DNA of 63,962 bases, the filler included, from Barthelona sp. PAP020 (taxonomy: Eukaryota), in the NCBI GenBank assembly GCA_040182905.1. It is 4 parts of 4 records of this genome, joined end to end, with 100 filler letters (N's around TTAATTAATTAA, not from the genome) between each part and the next. Parts side by side here need not be neighbours in the genome. Positions count along the whole stretch, not along the records: positions 49,494 to 63,962 come from JARQWU010000300.1; 3 more parts are not named here. One strand, given 5' to 3'. Positions 52,513 to 62,483 of this stretch are shown piece after piece. The position numbers were made by a program, and so were the translations under genes. The notes under the pieces are model-generated. The model was not told where the DNA came from, did not search any database, and saw only the letters and a list, made by a program, of their open reading frames with translations. Within the stretch, counting starts at the first letter, position 1, and every line of letters begins with the position of its first letter.

Positions 52513-55500
52513 ATGATAATTTATCGAAATATATTGCTTCTATTATTATTTATTGCAAGTAGTTATTGTATTCTATCAGATAACAATGAAAATGAATTGA
52601 TAATTGATGAGAAGCACATAATTAAACATTATTTTGATACAAATTCCACGATAAATATAAATAATAAAATAATTAATTGTAAAAATTACAATAAAAATAT
52701 AAGTTTTATTGAAAAAGAAATATTATTTCTTAATGTTACCATTAAAAATTGTAAATTCGATGTCTCAAATAGTTATGTATATATAAATGATTCATTAATC
52801 GAAACAAAAACCAGTTTCTATTTGACAAAAAGTAATTTTGTAATTCATCAAAGTATTTTTCATCATTGTATAAGATGCATAAATCATATCACTGGTTATA
52901 CATTAATTTCCAATTCGAAGTTTTTACATGGTGCTAACTTATTTCAAATTAATTATGGTTTTCTGATATTGGATTCAATTTCAGTTCAAGATATCAATAC
53001 CCTTGATAATGGGGGTGTTATATATGGTGTGAATTCAAATATTGATATTACTGAGGTAGTCTTTCAGGATATTCACAGTCTAAATAATGGTTCCTGTATT
53101 TATTTGGAAAAAGGATATTTAAAATTGAAAGATGTTATTGTTAAAGAAAGTGAGGCTCGATGGGGTGTATTCTATGTTTCAGGTAGCAAGATCAGTGTGA
53201 GTGGCTTAAACTTAGGTAATATAAATGTGCTTCTTGGAGGCATTATATTCGCAAAGGATAGTTATGTTGCCATAAGAGATGTGCATGGAAAGAATTTGAG
53301 TGGTAGAGACGGTGTATTTTCCTATGTCATCAAATCAAAGACTTTGAAGTTGTTTGACATTAATATTGAAACAGTTTTAAGCGCTAATTGTGGCTGTATA
53401 TATCTTTCAAGATCATCATTGATTGCGTCTAATTTGGAAATCGTGTCCTCTATTGCTAGACGTGGTGCTGTTGTTTATTTACAAGATAATAGTGAATTAA
53501 ACATAAAGGATTCCAAATTTTTAGCTAATGAAGCTAATGATGGGTCTATCATCTATTTGAAAGATTCAAAAATTAAGTTGTTCAATTGTTTGTTAACAAA
53601 TAACGTTGTCAAAGGGAATGGAGGTATTTATTTGGAGACTCCAAAGAATGTTCTCATTGAAAACAACACATTTGATTCTAACATAGCGTATTCTAGTGCC
53701 CCAGGTATTTTGTTAGATTTAACGACCAATAACAAGGTTCCTATCTCAATCATCAACAATAATTTCTTAAATAATCTTGCTAACGCCTATGCTACGATTT
53801 CAATTTCATTTCCTTCGATCTATTGGCTGCATTTATTCCATTTTTATGGTAATAGCTTTTTTTTGAATGAAGCAAAAATGGGGAATTCTCCTAATGTGTT
53901 TGCTAACGTAATACCAGAATCTGAATTTGCTATTAAAGATTCGTTTTCAACAAGTACTTCACTTTTTTCTACTACAACGTTGAGTGAACCTTTTTTTTTA
54001 AATCATAATAGTCACAACATCAATGATATCATTATGCAAAAAGAGTTTTTGTTGAATCAACAAGAACATCAAGATTTGTTTCAAGCATTTCATTGGGAAA
54101 ATGCTAAGTCTAATCCTCATATCAATTCACAATCAAATGAAGAAAAAGAAGGATTTTTTGATGCTATTGTTCATCAAGAGATTGGAGTGCCATCATATGG
54201 ACTGAATGAAAAATTGTCATGTCCAAAAGGGCATGGATTCAGTCTTTATGGATGTTATAAATGTGGTGTTGGGACTTTCAATAATGCCAATGATACTTCT
54301 TCTTGTTTATCATGTCCTTTAGGTTCATGGGCTAATGAAGGATCTGATCATTGTTCAGAGTGTAATTTTGGTACATATGGAACTACTAAAGGGTGTATTA
54401 CTTGTTCAAATGGGTATTACACAAATAAAAAAGGTTCTTTAGGTTGTAAACAGTGTTGTAAAAACTGTATTTCAAACGCATTAAAGAATGGCTGTTTATG
54501 TCAGCATCAACCATTGAAAAATGGTAAATTTGTGTGTTGGAATGAACATGATAATATTTGTGAAAAGTGTGAAGCAGGCATAGTGATTAAAGATGGTGCA
54601 CAATGTTTGAAAGAAGGATATATATTTGTTGAGTCAAAAATAGTAAAATGTAAGTCTTCTGGATGTTTAGGCACTTGTAATACCACAAGAAATGGTTTTG
54701 GTATTAGAAAATGCAAACAAGGTTATTTGGATTCAGAATGTTCTGAATGCCAAATTGGATATTTAAAGATAGGCACATTTTGCTATCAGTTTGGAAAATA
54801 TCGAAATTTCAATTTGTTCATTGTTTCAGCATTATTTTTCATCATGAATCTAATATATGGTGTTTTGGTTCTTTATTTGACATCAGACCATCAGAAATAC
54901 TTTTATGTTTTTGTCAATTTTTTAATGATTGATAATTTTATAATTCTGTTAAAATTTTTTTTCAATTTTGAAAATTTTATAAATTACCATATCTATTTAC
55001 AAAGTTTGAATGGAATTTTTCCTTTTGAGAATGTTTTAAAATGTAATATCAATTTATTTATGATAATTACAATGTATGTTTTAACAGTGATCTTATTGTT
55101 ATTATCAGGTAAAAACAATTTGAAAATTATCGATTTTTTCAACTTGACAAAATTTTTTGTCATTGTTTGGAGCAGGCAAATTTTCAAAATTTTTAAAAGT
55201 TTTGAAAGTTTCAAAAGTTTCCATTTTTTGATATTTGATGGTAATTTTGATGAAAATATTCAAAAAATAATATTTATTATTGTTATTTTTGTAATTTTTT
55301 ATATTTATTTAACTTTTAATACTTATGCATCCAATTGTATATTTATAAATTTGAATCTATTTATAAATTTACTGAATTTTATCAATAATGATAATTATTT
55401 TCAAGAAGAAAAAATTTATTTATTTATTATTTATTTATTTTTATTTATTTTCATTTCTATAATTTTTCTCAACAAACATTTTGCTTTCAAATTCAACTTA

Positions 55501-56343
55501 CTAGTGTATTTGATTATTTTGCTGCAATATTTTCAAATTGTTGAAAATATTTCTTTTATTTATTTTGTCTTACTCTTTTCTATTTTAATTTGCTCTTCAA
55601 TTTTGCCAATTCTTTTCATCAAAAGTTTATATTCCTTCAATAACAATGAACTTTCAAATGTTTCTTTGCAATTTTATATATTTTCTTTCTTCAAAATTGT
55701 TTGTCTTTTTGATGATTATCTTTTCAAAAGTTTGATTGATGAAATCAAACAAGATGATGTAAAACAAACAAATGACAAGTCTTCATCTATAGTCACCCCA
55801 ATTTATACTCCAAATATTCCCAATGAAATATTTGTCAGAAACTCTCAAAATAATCAATCAAAACATGCGGAAAAAAAACCTTCTGTTTTTTTTGAAAACG
55901 CGAACAAAAATACCATTGACAATTCCTGCCAACATGTTGTTAATTCTGCACATTCATCTCAAGAAGAATTGTCCTTACATTCATTGAAACATTCCAGTTC
56001 TGATCAATCCTTGCCATTGAACAATGACAGATTTGATTTTGATTCTCCATTTGATAATGAAGATGAAACAGGCTTTCCTTTGCGTCTCTTTGATGAACAC
56101 ATCACAACAACCCCCATAACACAGTTTAAAAATGTATCTGAAACGGAGGTAGAACAATTGTTTCTCAATAAGCATTTGGGTGACAATGATTCTCTCAATA
56201 CAGCAGATATATATGATAACAATAACATTGGTAAGAATCGTTCAGACTCTCAAACTAGTTTAGATTTGAACTTCTTTGATTCTGAATGTTCTGAAAATTT
56301 TGATTCAGAAAACCCCTTTTTTTTAAATCAATTGATTAATTGA
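52513..56343 (+). CDS. Pmp-like beta-helix + Cys-rich repeats + multipass membrane protein
   Basis: Signal peptide; repeated GGxI/GxxIY and FxxNxA motifs; CxxCxxGxY/F repeats; several TM segments; low-complexity tail; ATG at 52513. Confidence 0.8.
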   Translation: MIIYRNILLLLLFIASSYCILSDNNENELIIDEKHIIKHYFDTNSTININNKIINCKNYNKNISFIEKEILFLNVTIKNCKFDVSNSYVYINDSLIETKTSFYLTKSNFVIHQSIFHHCIRCINHITGYTLISNSKFLHGANLFQINYGFLILDSISVQDINTLDNGGVIYGVNSNIDITEVVFQDIHSLNNGSCIYLEKGYLKLKDVIVKESEARWGVFYVSGSKISVSGLNLGNINVLLGGIIFAKDSYVAIRDVHGKNLSGRDGVFSYVIKSKTLKLFDINIETVLSANCGCIYLSRSSLIASNLEIVSSIARRGAVVYLQDNSELNIKDSKFLANEANDGSIIYLKDSKIKLFNCLLTNNVVKGNGGIYLETPKNVLIENNTFDSNIAYSSAPGILLDLTTNNKVPISIINNNFLNNLANAYATISISFPSIYWLHLFHFYGNSFFLNEAKMGNSPNVFANVIPESEFAIKDSFSTSTSLFSTTTLSEPFFLNHNSHNINDIIMQKEFLLNQQEHQDLFQAFHWENAKSNPHINSQSNEEKEGFFDAIVHQEIGVPSYGLNEKLSCPKGHGFSLYGCYKCGVGTFNNANDTSSCLSCPLGSWANEGSDHCSECNFGTYGTTKGCITCSNGYYTNKKGSLGCKQCCKNCISNALKNGCLCQHQPLKNGKFVCWNEHDNICEKCEAGIVIKDGAQCLKEGYIFVESKIVKCKSSGCLGTCNTTRNGFGIRKCKQGYLDSECSECQIGYLKIGTFCYQFGKYRNFNLFIVSALFFIMNLIYGVLVLYLTSDHQKYFYVFVNFLMIDNFIILLKFFFNFENFINYHIYLQSLNGIFPFENVLKCNINLFMIITMYVLTVILLLLSGKNNLKIIDFFNLTKFFVIVWSRQIFKIFKSFESFKSFHFLIFDGNFDENIQKIIFIIVIFVIFYIYLTFNTYASNCIFINLNLFINLLNFINNDNYFQEEKIYLFIIYLFLFIFISIIFLNKHFAFKFNLLVYLIILLQYFQIVENISFIYFVLLFSILICSSILPILFIKSLYSFNNNELSNVSLQFYIFSFFKIVCLFDDYLFKSLIDEIKQDDVKQTNDKSSSIVTPIYTPNIPNEIFVRNSQNNQSKHAEKKPSVFFENANKNTIDNSCQHVVNSAHSSQEELSLHSLKHSSSDQSLPLNNDRFDFDSPFDNEDETGFPLRLFDEHITTTPITQFKNVSETEVEQLFLNKHLGDNDSLNTADIYDNNNIGKNRSDSQTSLDLNFFDSECSENFDSENPFFLNQLIN

Positions 56344-56547
56344 TTTCATTCAAGCTTATTTTTGTACAATGTAAATATGAATCTACAAATAAATCATTTT
56401 CTTCGTCTTTTTTTTTTGTTCTGATGTATATATTTGTCTGTATTTATCCTCTATACTTCATTAAATATTCTATAAATCAAAAAAATTAAGCATTAATAGC
56501 AAAACACTTTCTCACTGTTTACTTCAATCTCTTTTTTTTTATCATTT

Positions 56548-57236
56548 ATGAACAATCAACATCCTGATATGAAGACTCCAATGAGTCAAGGGGTATATTT
56601 TTATATATATTTGTTCAAATTATCTAACTTTTGAAGACTACGACAATTGGTTTTATTTTTGATGGTGGTGTGCTTCTTGCTGCAGATAGTCGATCATCTG
56701 CAGGATCTTTTATAGGCAATGCTGTTTCCAGAAAACTGACACCTATCACTGATAATATTTCATTAGCCCGTTCTGGCACTTCTTCTCATTCGATATTAGT
56801 CACTGATAATACAAAAGCCAATTTAGACATGTTAAGGATGTCTATTGATAAAGATCCAATGGTTTATAATGCAGCTCATATTGCCAAAAGTATGATTTAT
56901 CAATATAAGAATTATCTAAGCACATCAATGATTTTTGCAGGAAGAGATGCTCCTGGTGTGTTCAAATTATATCAATTACCTCTTGGTGGTTCAATATTAG
57001 AAGGAAATAAGTTTTTAGGAGGAAGTGGTTCTTCTTACATTCAAGGGTATTTTGATGCCCATTACAGTCCTCAAATGTCAAAGGAAGAAGCTGTAAATTT
57101 GGCAAAAGATTGTATTTTTCGTGCAGCTAAGTTTGATTCATCTTCTGGTGGTCTTTGTAGAATTCATGTTTTTGATGATGAAAAAAGACAAATTTTATGT
57201 TTTGATGATGATGACAATATTTTAGAAGACATGTAA
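56548..57236 (+). CDS. PSMB6: 20S proteasome subunit beta1; exons 56548-56592 and 56637-57236
   Basis: Spliced product MNNQHPDMKTPMSQG|TTTIG; Thr1, Asp17, Lys33 and Arg45 all in register; PLGG, GGSGSSYI, DSSSGG. Confidence 0.92.
56593..56636 (+). other. 44-nt spliceosomal intron
   Basis: GTATAT...TATCTAACTTTTGAAG; removal restores the ATG, the propeptide and the frame. Confidence 0.9.
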
Positions 57237-57545
57237 AATTTCCATATAGTGAGTGACAATTGAAAAAGTTTGAGAATTTTTAAAAATACATAAAATATCC
57301 CATAATTTCTTGTTATTTATGTTATTGTGTGAAAAAAAAAAATTAGTTTCTTTTAATGTGATTTTAAAATTATGGTTTTCACTCTTTTCATTATTTATTT
57401 ATGTTTTATAAAGGACTTTGAGGGTGTAAATATGCTGTAAAAAAATATTTCGAAAAATGAATGGAAGTTGTGAAGGTTTGCATTTGTTTACTAATTTTCT
57501 TGTTCTTCATAAATATAGCATTATTTGCATTTATATTGAATTAAA

Positions 57546-58652
57546 ATGCCTCGATATGGAAACATTATTTATGGTCCTTCAAAACATAGAACAGTGATTG
57601 CTGGTGGAGCTCACAGTTTATTGATTACTTTACCCGAAAGGAAAGTAATCGCTTTTGGACTTAATAGATCAGGCCAATTGGGATTGGGTCACACGAATCC
57701 AACAATGTCAAGACATTATGTGCTAGAACTGAAAGATATTGTTGAAGTCTCAGCAGGGCATGAGTTTTCTGTAGCTTTAGATATAAACGGAGAAGTCTAT
57801 ACATGGGGATCAAATGAATATAGTCAACTTGGACTTGGGGAAACTTCATCATGCGTGAAAGTACCAGAAAGGGTTTCAGATTTGCCAAAAATTGAACGTA
57901 TTTTTGCTGGAGGATGGCATATGCTTTGTTTAGATCAAAATAAACAATTATGGAGCTTTGGTTGTGCAGCGGGTGGCAGATTAGGAATTCCAAGTGATGG
58001 ACCAGTGGCTAAACCTCAACTAACAAATTTTGAAAATGTCACACATGCTTCTGCAGGAGATTTTCATTCAATAGTTATAACAAATAATAGAGAAGTTAGA
58101 TTATGTGGGTTTGGGGGTTATGGAGGTGAACCTGTAATGGTTTGTGAACATGATGTTTTGGATTTGGCTTGTGGAAGAGACCATTCCATGATTTTAACTG
58201 AGGCAGGAGAGCTTTTTGTAGCCGGTGATAATGGAAATGGTCAATTGGGTTTAGGAAGAAACGATGTTCATCAACAAATGGACTTTGTTCGAGTCGTTTC
58301 ACTACCTGCAATCCCAGTAAGATTGTTTTGTTGCTACTTTTCTTCCAGTTTTGTTGATAATAAAGGACATTTGTATATGTGTGGTTCTAATAGTTTCTTT
58401 GAATGTGGTCAATCAAAAGAGCAATTAAAGGTTTACACATTTACCAAAGCCGAAACTGCAGCCAATTTTTCAATTACAGAAGTTGCAATTGGTGGTTCGG
58501 GAGGAGTTTTGGATTGTCACATTATTGCAAGAACAATTGATAATAATTTAATAGCTTGGGGGTCTAGTCGTCATAATCAATGTGGCTTATGTTATTTAGG
58601 TGTGATAGAAAACCCAAAAAATTTATACCTTCAAGCTGAATTAAGTAAATAG
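57546..58652 (+). CDS. RCC1-repeat protein
   Basis: Repeated IAGGAHSL / FGLNRSGQLGLG / VYTWGSNEYSQLGLG / LACGRDHS motifs. Confidence 0.92.
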   Translation: MPRYGNIIYGPSKHRTVIAGGAHSLLITLPERKVIAFGLNRSGQLGLGHTNPTMSRHYVLELKDIVEVSAGHEFSVALDINGEVYTWGSNEYSQLGLGETSSCVKVPERVSDLPKIERIFAGGWHMLCLDQNKQLWSFGCAAGGRLGIPSDGPVAKPQLTNFENVTHASAGDFHSIVITNNREVRLCGFGGYGGEPVMVCEHDVLDLACGRDHSMILTEAGELFVAGDNGNGQLGLGRNDVHQQMDFVRVVSLPAIPVRLFCCYFSSSFVDNKGHLYMCGSNSFFECGQSKEQLKVYTFTKAETAANFSITEVAIGGSGGVLDCHIIARTIDNNLIAWGSSRHNQCGLCYLGVIENPKNLYLQAELSK

Positions 58653-58788
58653 AACGATGCATATTAATTATCTTGAAAAGACTTAAATATTTAGATTTAC
58701 TAAATTAATATTATAAAAGACCATTTGAAAACATTTTTTGTTGAATAAAGGAAATAATAGTTTTTTTTAATATCCCAACATCCATGTT

Positions 58789-59766
58789 ATGATTAAAATT
58801 GAAGAAGAAGATTTTGTAATCATTCAATTTTCAGATATTCATGTATTTAATAGTACATTACCCGATTATACACCTTTTTATCATTTTTTAAACAAAAGGT
58901 TGCTTTCTTTTTTTGATACTATAAGATTATCTCCTTGGGGATGTGATATTAAATTATTTAATTCCATGTCATTTGATATTCATCAGGTTTTAAGAATTCC
59001 TTTCGATAGAATCCATTATTTGTGCACTGGAGACGTAACACACCTTGGTACAAAGATTGAATTTGAACAAGCAAGAGATATAATTCTGAATGCATTGAAC
59101 GATACTTCTCAAATATCAATCGTGCCAGGTAATCATGACATTATTGTTCGTAGATCTTTAAGAGAACGGTATTTTCAAAATATTTTGAAGGATTTCATGA
59201 TTAGTGAGTACCCTACTTTGGAAGAAGGTTTTCCCTTTGTGAAAATTATTGAAGAGAAGTTCATCATAGTTGGTCTAAACAGTGCTGTACCGCATTTCTG
59301 TTATGGAGATTCTAGAGGCTATATTAGCCCTATTCAATTGGAAATTGTTGAGAATAGTCTTCACAAAATTGATCTGTATGACAAAGTTGTAATTGCTTTT
59401 ATGCATCATAGTCCATGTGATTGGGTCAATTGGCGGTCGATTTTGAGGGATAGGAGACATGTATTGGATCGTTTGATAGAAATTGGTGTTGACTATCTAT
59501 TTACTGGACACACCCATCAAACACATTTGGACACATATGTTCATAGTAAGATGATGAATAAAAAACTTGAAATAATATCTAGTGGTGCCCTATTGCCCAC
59601 CAATAATGATAACAAATGGCCAAGATATGGGATTTATGTATTTAATAAGGGAGAATCTGGTGAAAAACCGGTATTAAAAAGAAAAATCATTAGAAAATTA
59701 AATAAAGCAAATAGTAAAGGGTTTTCAACTTTTATTGACATTCAAAAGGATTTTAATGAAATTTAA
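58789..59766 (+). CDS. Calcineurin-like metallophosphoesterase (Icc/CpdA-like)
   Basis: FSDIH, TGD, PGNHD, MHH, GHTH. Confidence 0.88.
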   Translation: MIKIEEEDFVIIQFSDIHVFNSTLPDYTPFYHFLNKRLLSFFDTIRLSPWGCDIKLFNSMSFDIHQVLRIPFDRIHYLCTGDVTHLGTKIEFEQARDIILNALNDTSQISIVPGNHDIIVRRSLRERYFQNILKDFMISEYPTLEEGFPFVKIIEEKFIIVGLNSAVPHFCYGDSRGYISPIQLEIVENSLHKIDLYDKVVIAFMHHSPCDWVNWRSILRDRRHVLDRLIEIGVDYLFTGHTHQTHLDTYVHSKMMNKKLEIISSGALLPTNNDNKWPRYGIYVFNKGESGEKPVLKRKIIRKLNKANSKGFSTFIDIQKDFNEI

Positions 59767-60053
59767 GTTTGTTCATAAATCCAAAAAGAAATCCCAAAGA
59801 CTTCTGTATTGTAAATAAGTTATTTTTTTATTTTATTTCTTCATTATTGGATAAATTAATAATTCTTTTATCTTTTGAAGAGATAATTGGCTAATTATGT
59901 GTTTTCTTCTCATTTTCTTCTTCTGTTCCTTCGTGTTGATAATTTTTTGTTCTTTTTATTCTCAATAAAAAATGATATCGCAATACCTTTCATTTACAGT
60001 TGTTCAATCAAAAAGTAAAGAAAAAATGAATAAATTATTTTTTACCTGAAGAA

Positions 60054-61054
60054 TTAACTTCTGAAACTTCTTCTTTTCATTCTTTGGGAATTTCTTGAAG
60101 AAGTGTTGGAAGAAGAATCATCATCCATTCGAGATCTTAAATCTTCTTTTACATTTCTATTATCTAAATTTTGCAAGGACAATTTAACAGAATTTATTTG
60201 ATCAACTTGATTGTTTACAGTAGTCAAATCTAAATAACACTTTGGTAAATCCATGTTTACTTCATAAGTTTGATACTTTTCAATTAAAGCTTCCATTGCT
60301 GGTTTACGTTTGGAATAATAATGAAGTAAACTGAAAATATATGGATCACTTTGTTTACTGTCAAAAATATCCAACGTCGCATCCACCTGTTCAATGTGGT
60401 CTTTCAGTTCTCTCATTTTATCTTCCAATTCAGAAGTCTGTTTTGTTAAATATTCATCAGAATCATTCAACAATTCCTGTTCTTTTTGGTCAATCAATTT
60501 CCTCAATTCTTTAAAATTGTTTTGCATTGTTGTTTTAACACTTTGAGTAGACTCAATCAATTCTCTTCGATGAGAATTAATTCTTTCAAAATTTTTATTT
60601 AATTCCAACAATTGAGCCTTTAAACTTTCAGATAAAGTATTAGATTTATCAATTACAATAGGATGTGCCAATTTCAATTTCTTTACATCATGATCTCTAT
60701 GTTCTCCATGAATACAACATTCAGGACATGCCAATAAATCACAAGTTAAGCAATAATATGTTAATTCTTCGTCAGGATGTAACTTACAATCTATTTCATT
60801 GGATAATTCAGGATTTTCAACTTTTTTAACAACTTGTTTGACCAAAGGAGAAGAATATTCATGATTTTCGATATTATTTTGAATATTTTGATAGCTTGAT
60901 GCTTTTTGTAATAAAGTATCTAATTCTTCTTCATCAAAATTTTCATCTTCATTGGAATTATTTTTCTAACTGTTAGTTTTTCAAATAAAACATATAAATA
61001 AACATTTTCATGTGATATGAATGAATCGATATCAACAGTTGCAGTCGTTTTCAT
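60054..61054 (-). CDS. B-box zinc finger + coiled-coil protein, 320 aa; exons 61054-61004 and 60965-60054
   Basis: CKLH...YYCLTC...CPECC..GEHRDH B-box followed by coiled coil; the ATG exon joins in frame after a 38-nt intron. Confidence 0.88.
60966..61003 (-). other. 38-nt spliceosomal intron
   Basis: GTTTATTTATATGTTTTATTTGAAAAACTAACAGTTAG on the minus strand; phase 0; restores the frame. Confidence 0.88.
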
Positions 61055-61179
61055 GAATAAAATAAAAGATGAGTTGAATTTCAACCAATTTTCATTTTCA
61101 TTTGAGATTCTTTTTTCATTCTCTTCTTTAAAAAAAATCAAAAATTTAATCCTTTATACAAAAGTAAAAAAAAGCACTT

Positions 61180-62265
61180 TTAAACATAAGTGTCATGAAC
61201 ATTTCTAGCATTGCTAGTTACCAATGGTTCATTCATTTGATTGGTCATATAAGAAATAGTACCAGGTAAAACATCTTCATTACGACGTTTTTCTTCTTCT
61301 CTATGCTTAACTTGTCTAATATCATTAATTTCTTGGCTTCTTTCAACACAATCAGAGATGCAGCTGCAACAACAACACATACTCACAAGCCAAATCATAA
61401 GAGCGTAGAAAGTTAACACACCAACCATAAAACCATAATTGGTGCTTTTGAAAGCAATGTTCAGTACTTGTGGAGAATCCAAATTATTTTTGGCAACAAG
61501 ATGTCTGCCTTTACCCTTAGTAACTATACCTTTTCCTTTGACTTCAGTTGTGTTCACAATGTATGTTGAGTCAATATTGACATTCTTAATATGGCCATTG
61601 GATAATTTGAATTTAAGGTCCTCTTTAATTGCAGGTGGGGCTGTGAAAGATTTCTTTATTGAGGGCTTAGAACTGTTGGATTCAAGATGGCTCATTAAAT
61701 TGACAGCTTCAGGCAAAACAACAACATTCAAAAAAGATTGGCCTGGTAATTTGGAACTTGAGATTGTACGATTTAGTTTAACAGAAGCTTCACCAGCAAA
61801 TGGAATAGAACTTGATAAAATTGCAACATCGGTAGAGTTGGGTCTTGTAACATCAACTTCAAAATCATAGCTCATTTGAACATAGCCAAACATCATAGTA
61901 AGACTCTTGTTCAATAAAGGATGTTCCTTGGGGAAAACAAATTCAGAATTGACACTCAAAGTACTATCATAAGAATAAGGGTAAAAATCAGTTGTAGAAT
62001 TAGTTCTAGACAAATCAAAAAGAGTGACATCTTCAGCAGTATATTGAAAGGCGGAACTGATCAAAGAATGATATGGAAGAACTGTCGATTGTTTGGGTAA
62101 TAATCCAATATAATAACCCATCGTCGTACCACTAGCAGCGGACATTGTAGAACGAGCAATCAAAAAATAAACACCAAACAAAAAGAACCAAAAAGCAAAA
62201 GTCACTTTCAACAATGTGCGTGGTATCAAACAACAACAATGATTTCTAAGATGATGAATTCTCAT
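61180..62265 (-). CDS. Two-TM membrane protein with Cys clusters
   Basis: ATG at 62265; CCC before TM1, large loop with NxS/T sites, TM2 followed by MCCCCSC. Confidence 0.75.
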   Translation of the reverse strand: MRIHHLRNHCCCLIPRTLLKVTFAFWFFLFGVYFLIARSTMSAASGTTMGYYIGLLPKQSTVLPYHSLISSAFQYTAEDVTLFDLSRTNSTTDFYPYSYDSTLSVNSEFVFPKEHPLLNKSLTMMFGYVQMSYDFEVDVTRPNSTDVAILSSSIPFAGEASVKLNRTISSSKLPGQSFLNVVVLPEAVNLMSHLESNSSKPSIKKSFTAPPAIKEDLKFKLSNGHIKNVNIDSTYIVNTTEVKGKGIVTKGKGRHLVAKNNLDSPQVLNIAFKSTNYGFMVGVLTFYALMIWLVSMCCCCSCISDCVERSQEINDIRQVKHREEEKRRNEDVLPGTISYMTNQMNEPLVTSNARNVHDTYV

Positions 62266-62483
62266 AAAATATATATATATATTGATAAAAAAAAGAAGTA
62301 ACAGATAAAAAGTGAAAGGTCGGGGAACAATCTTGAAGAAAGGAATTCCACACAAATCTGAAAGACAAATTTCGTATTGACTTTTTTAACCCATAAATAT
62401 TCAAATTTGTTGAAATTACCAAAAAAAATCAGAATTCTTTCATTATGATTTCATCCAAAAGAAAAAAATTTTTTTTTGGTGAA

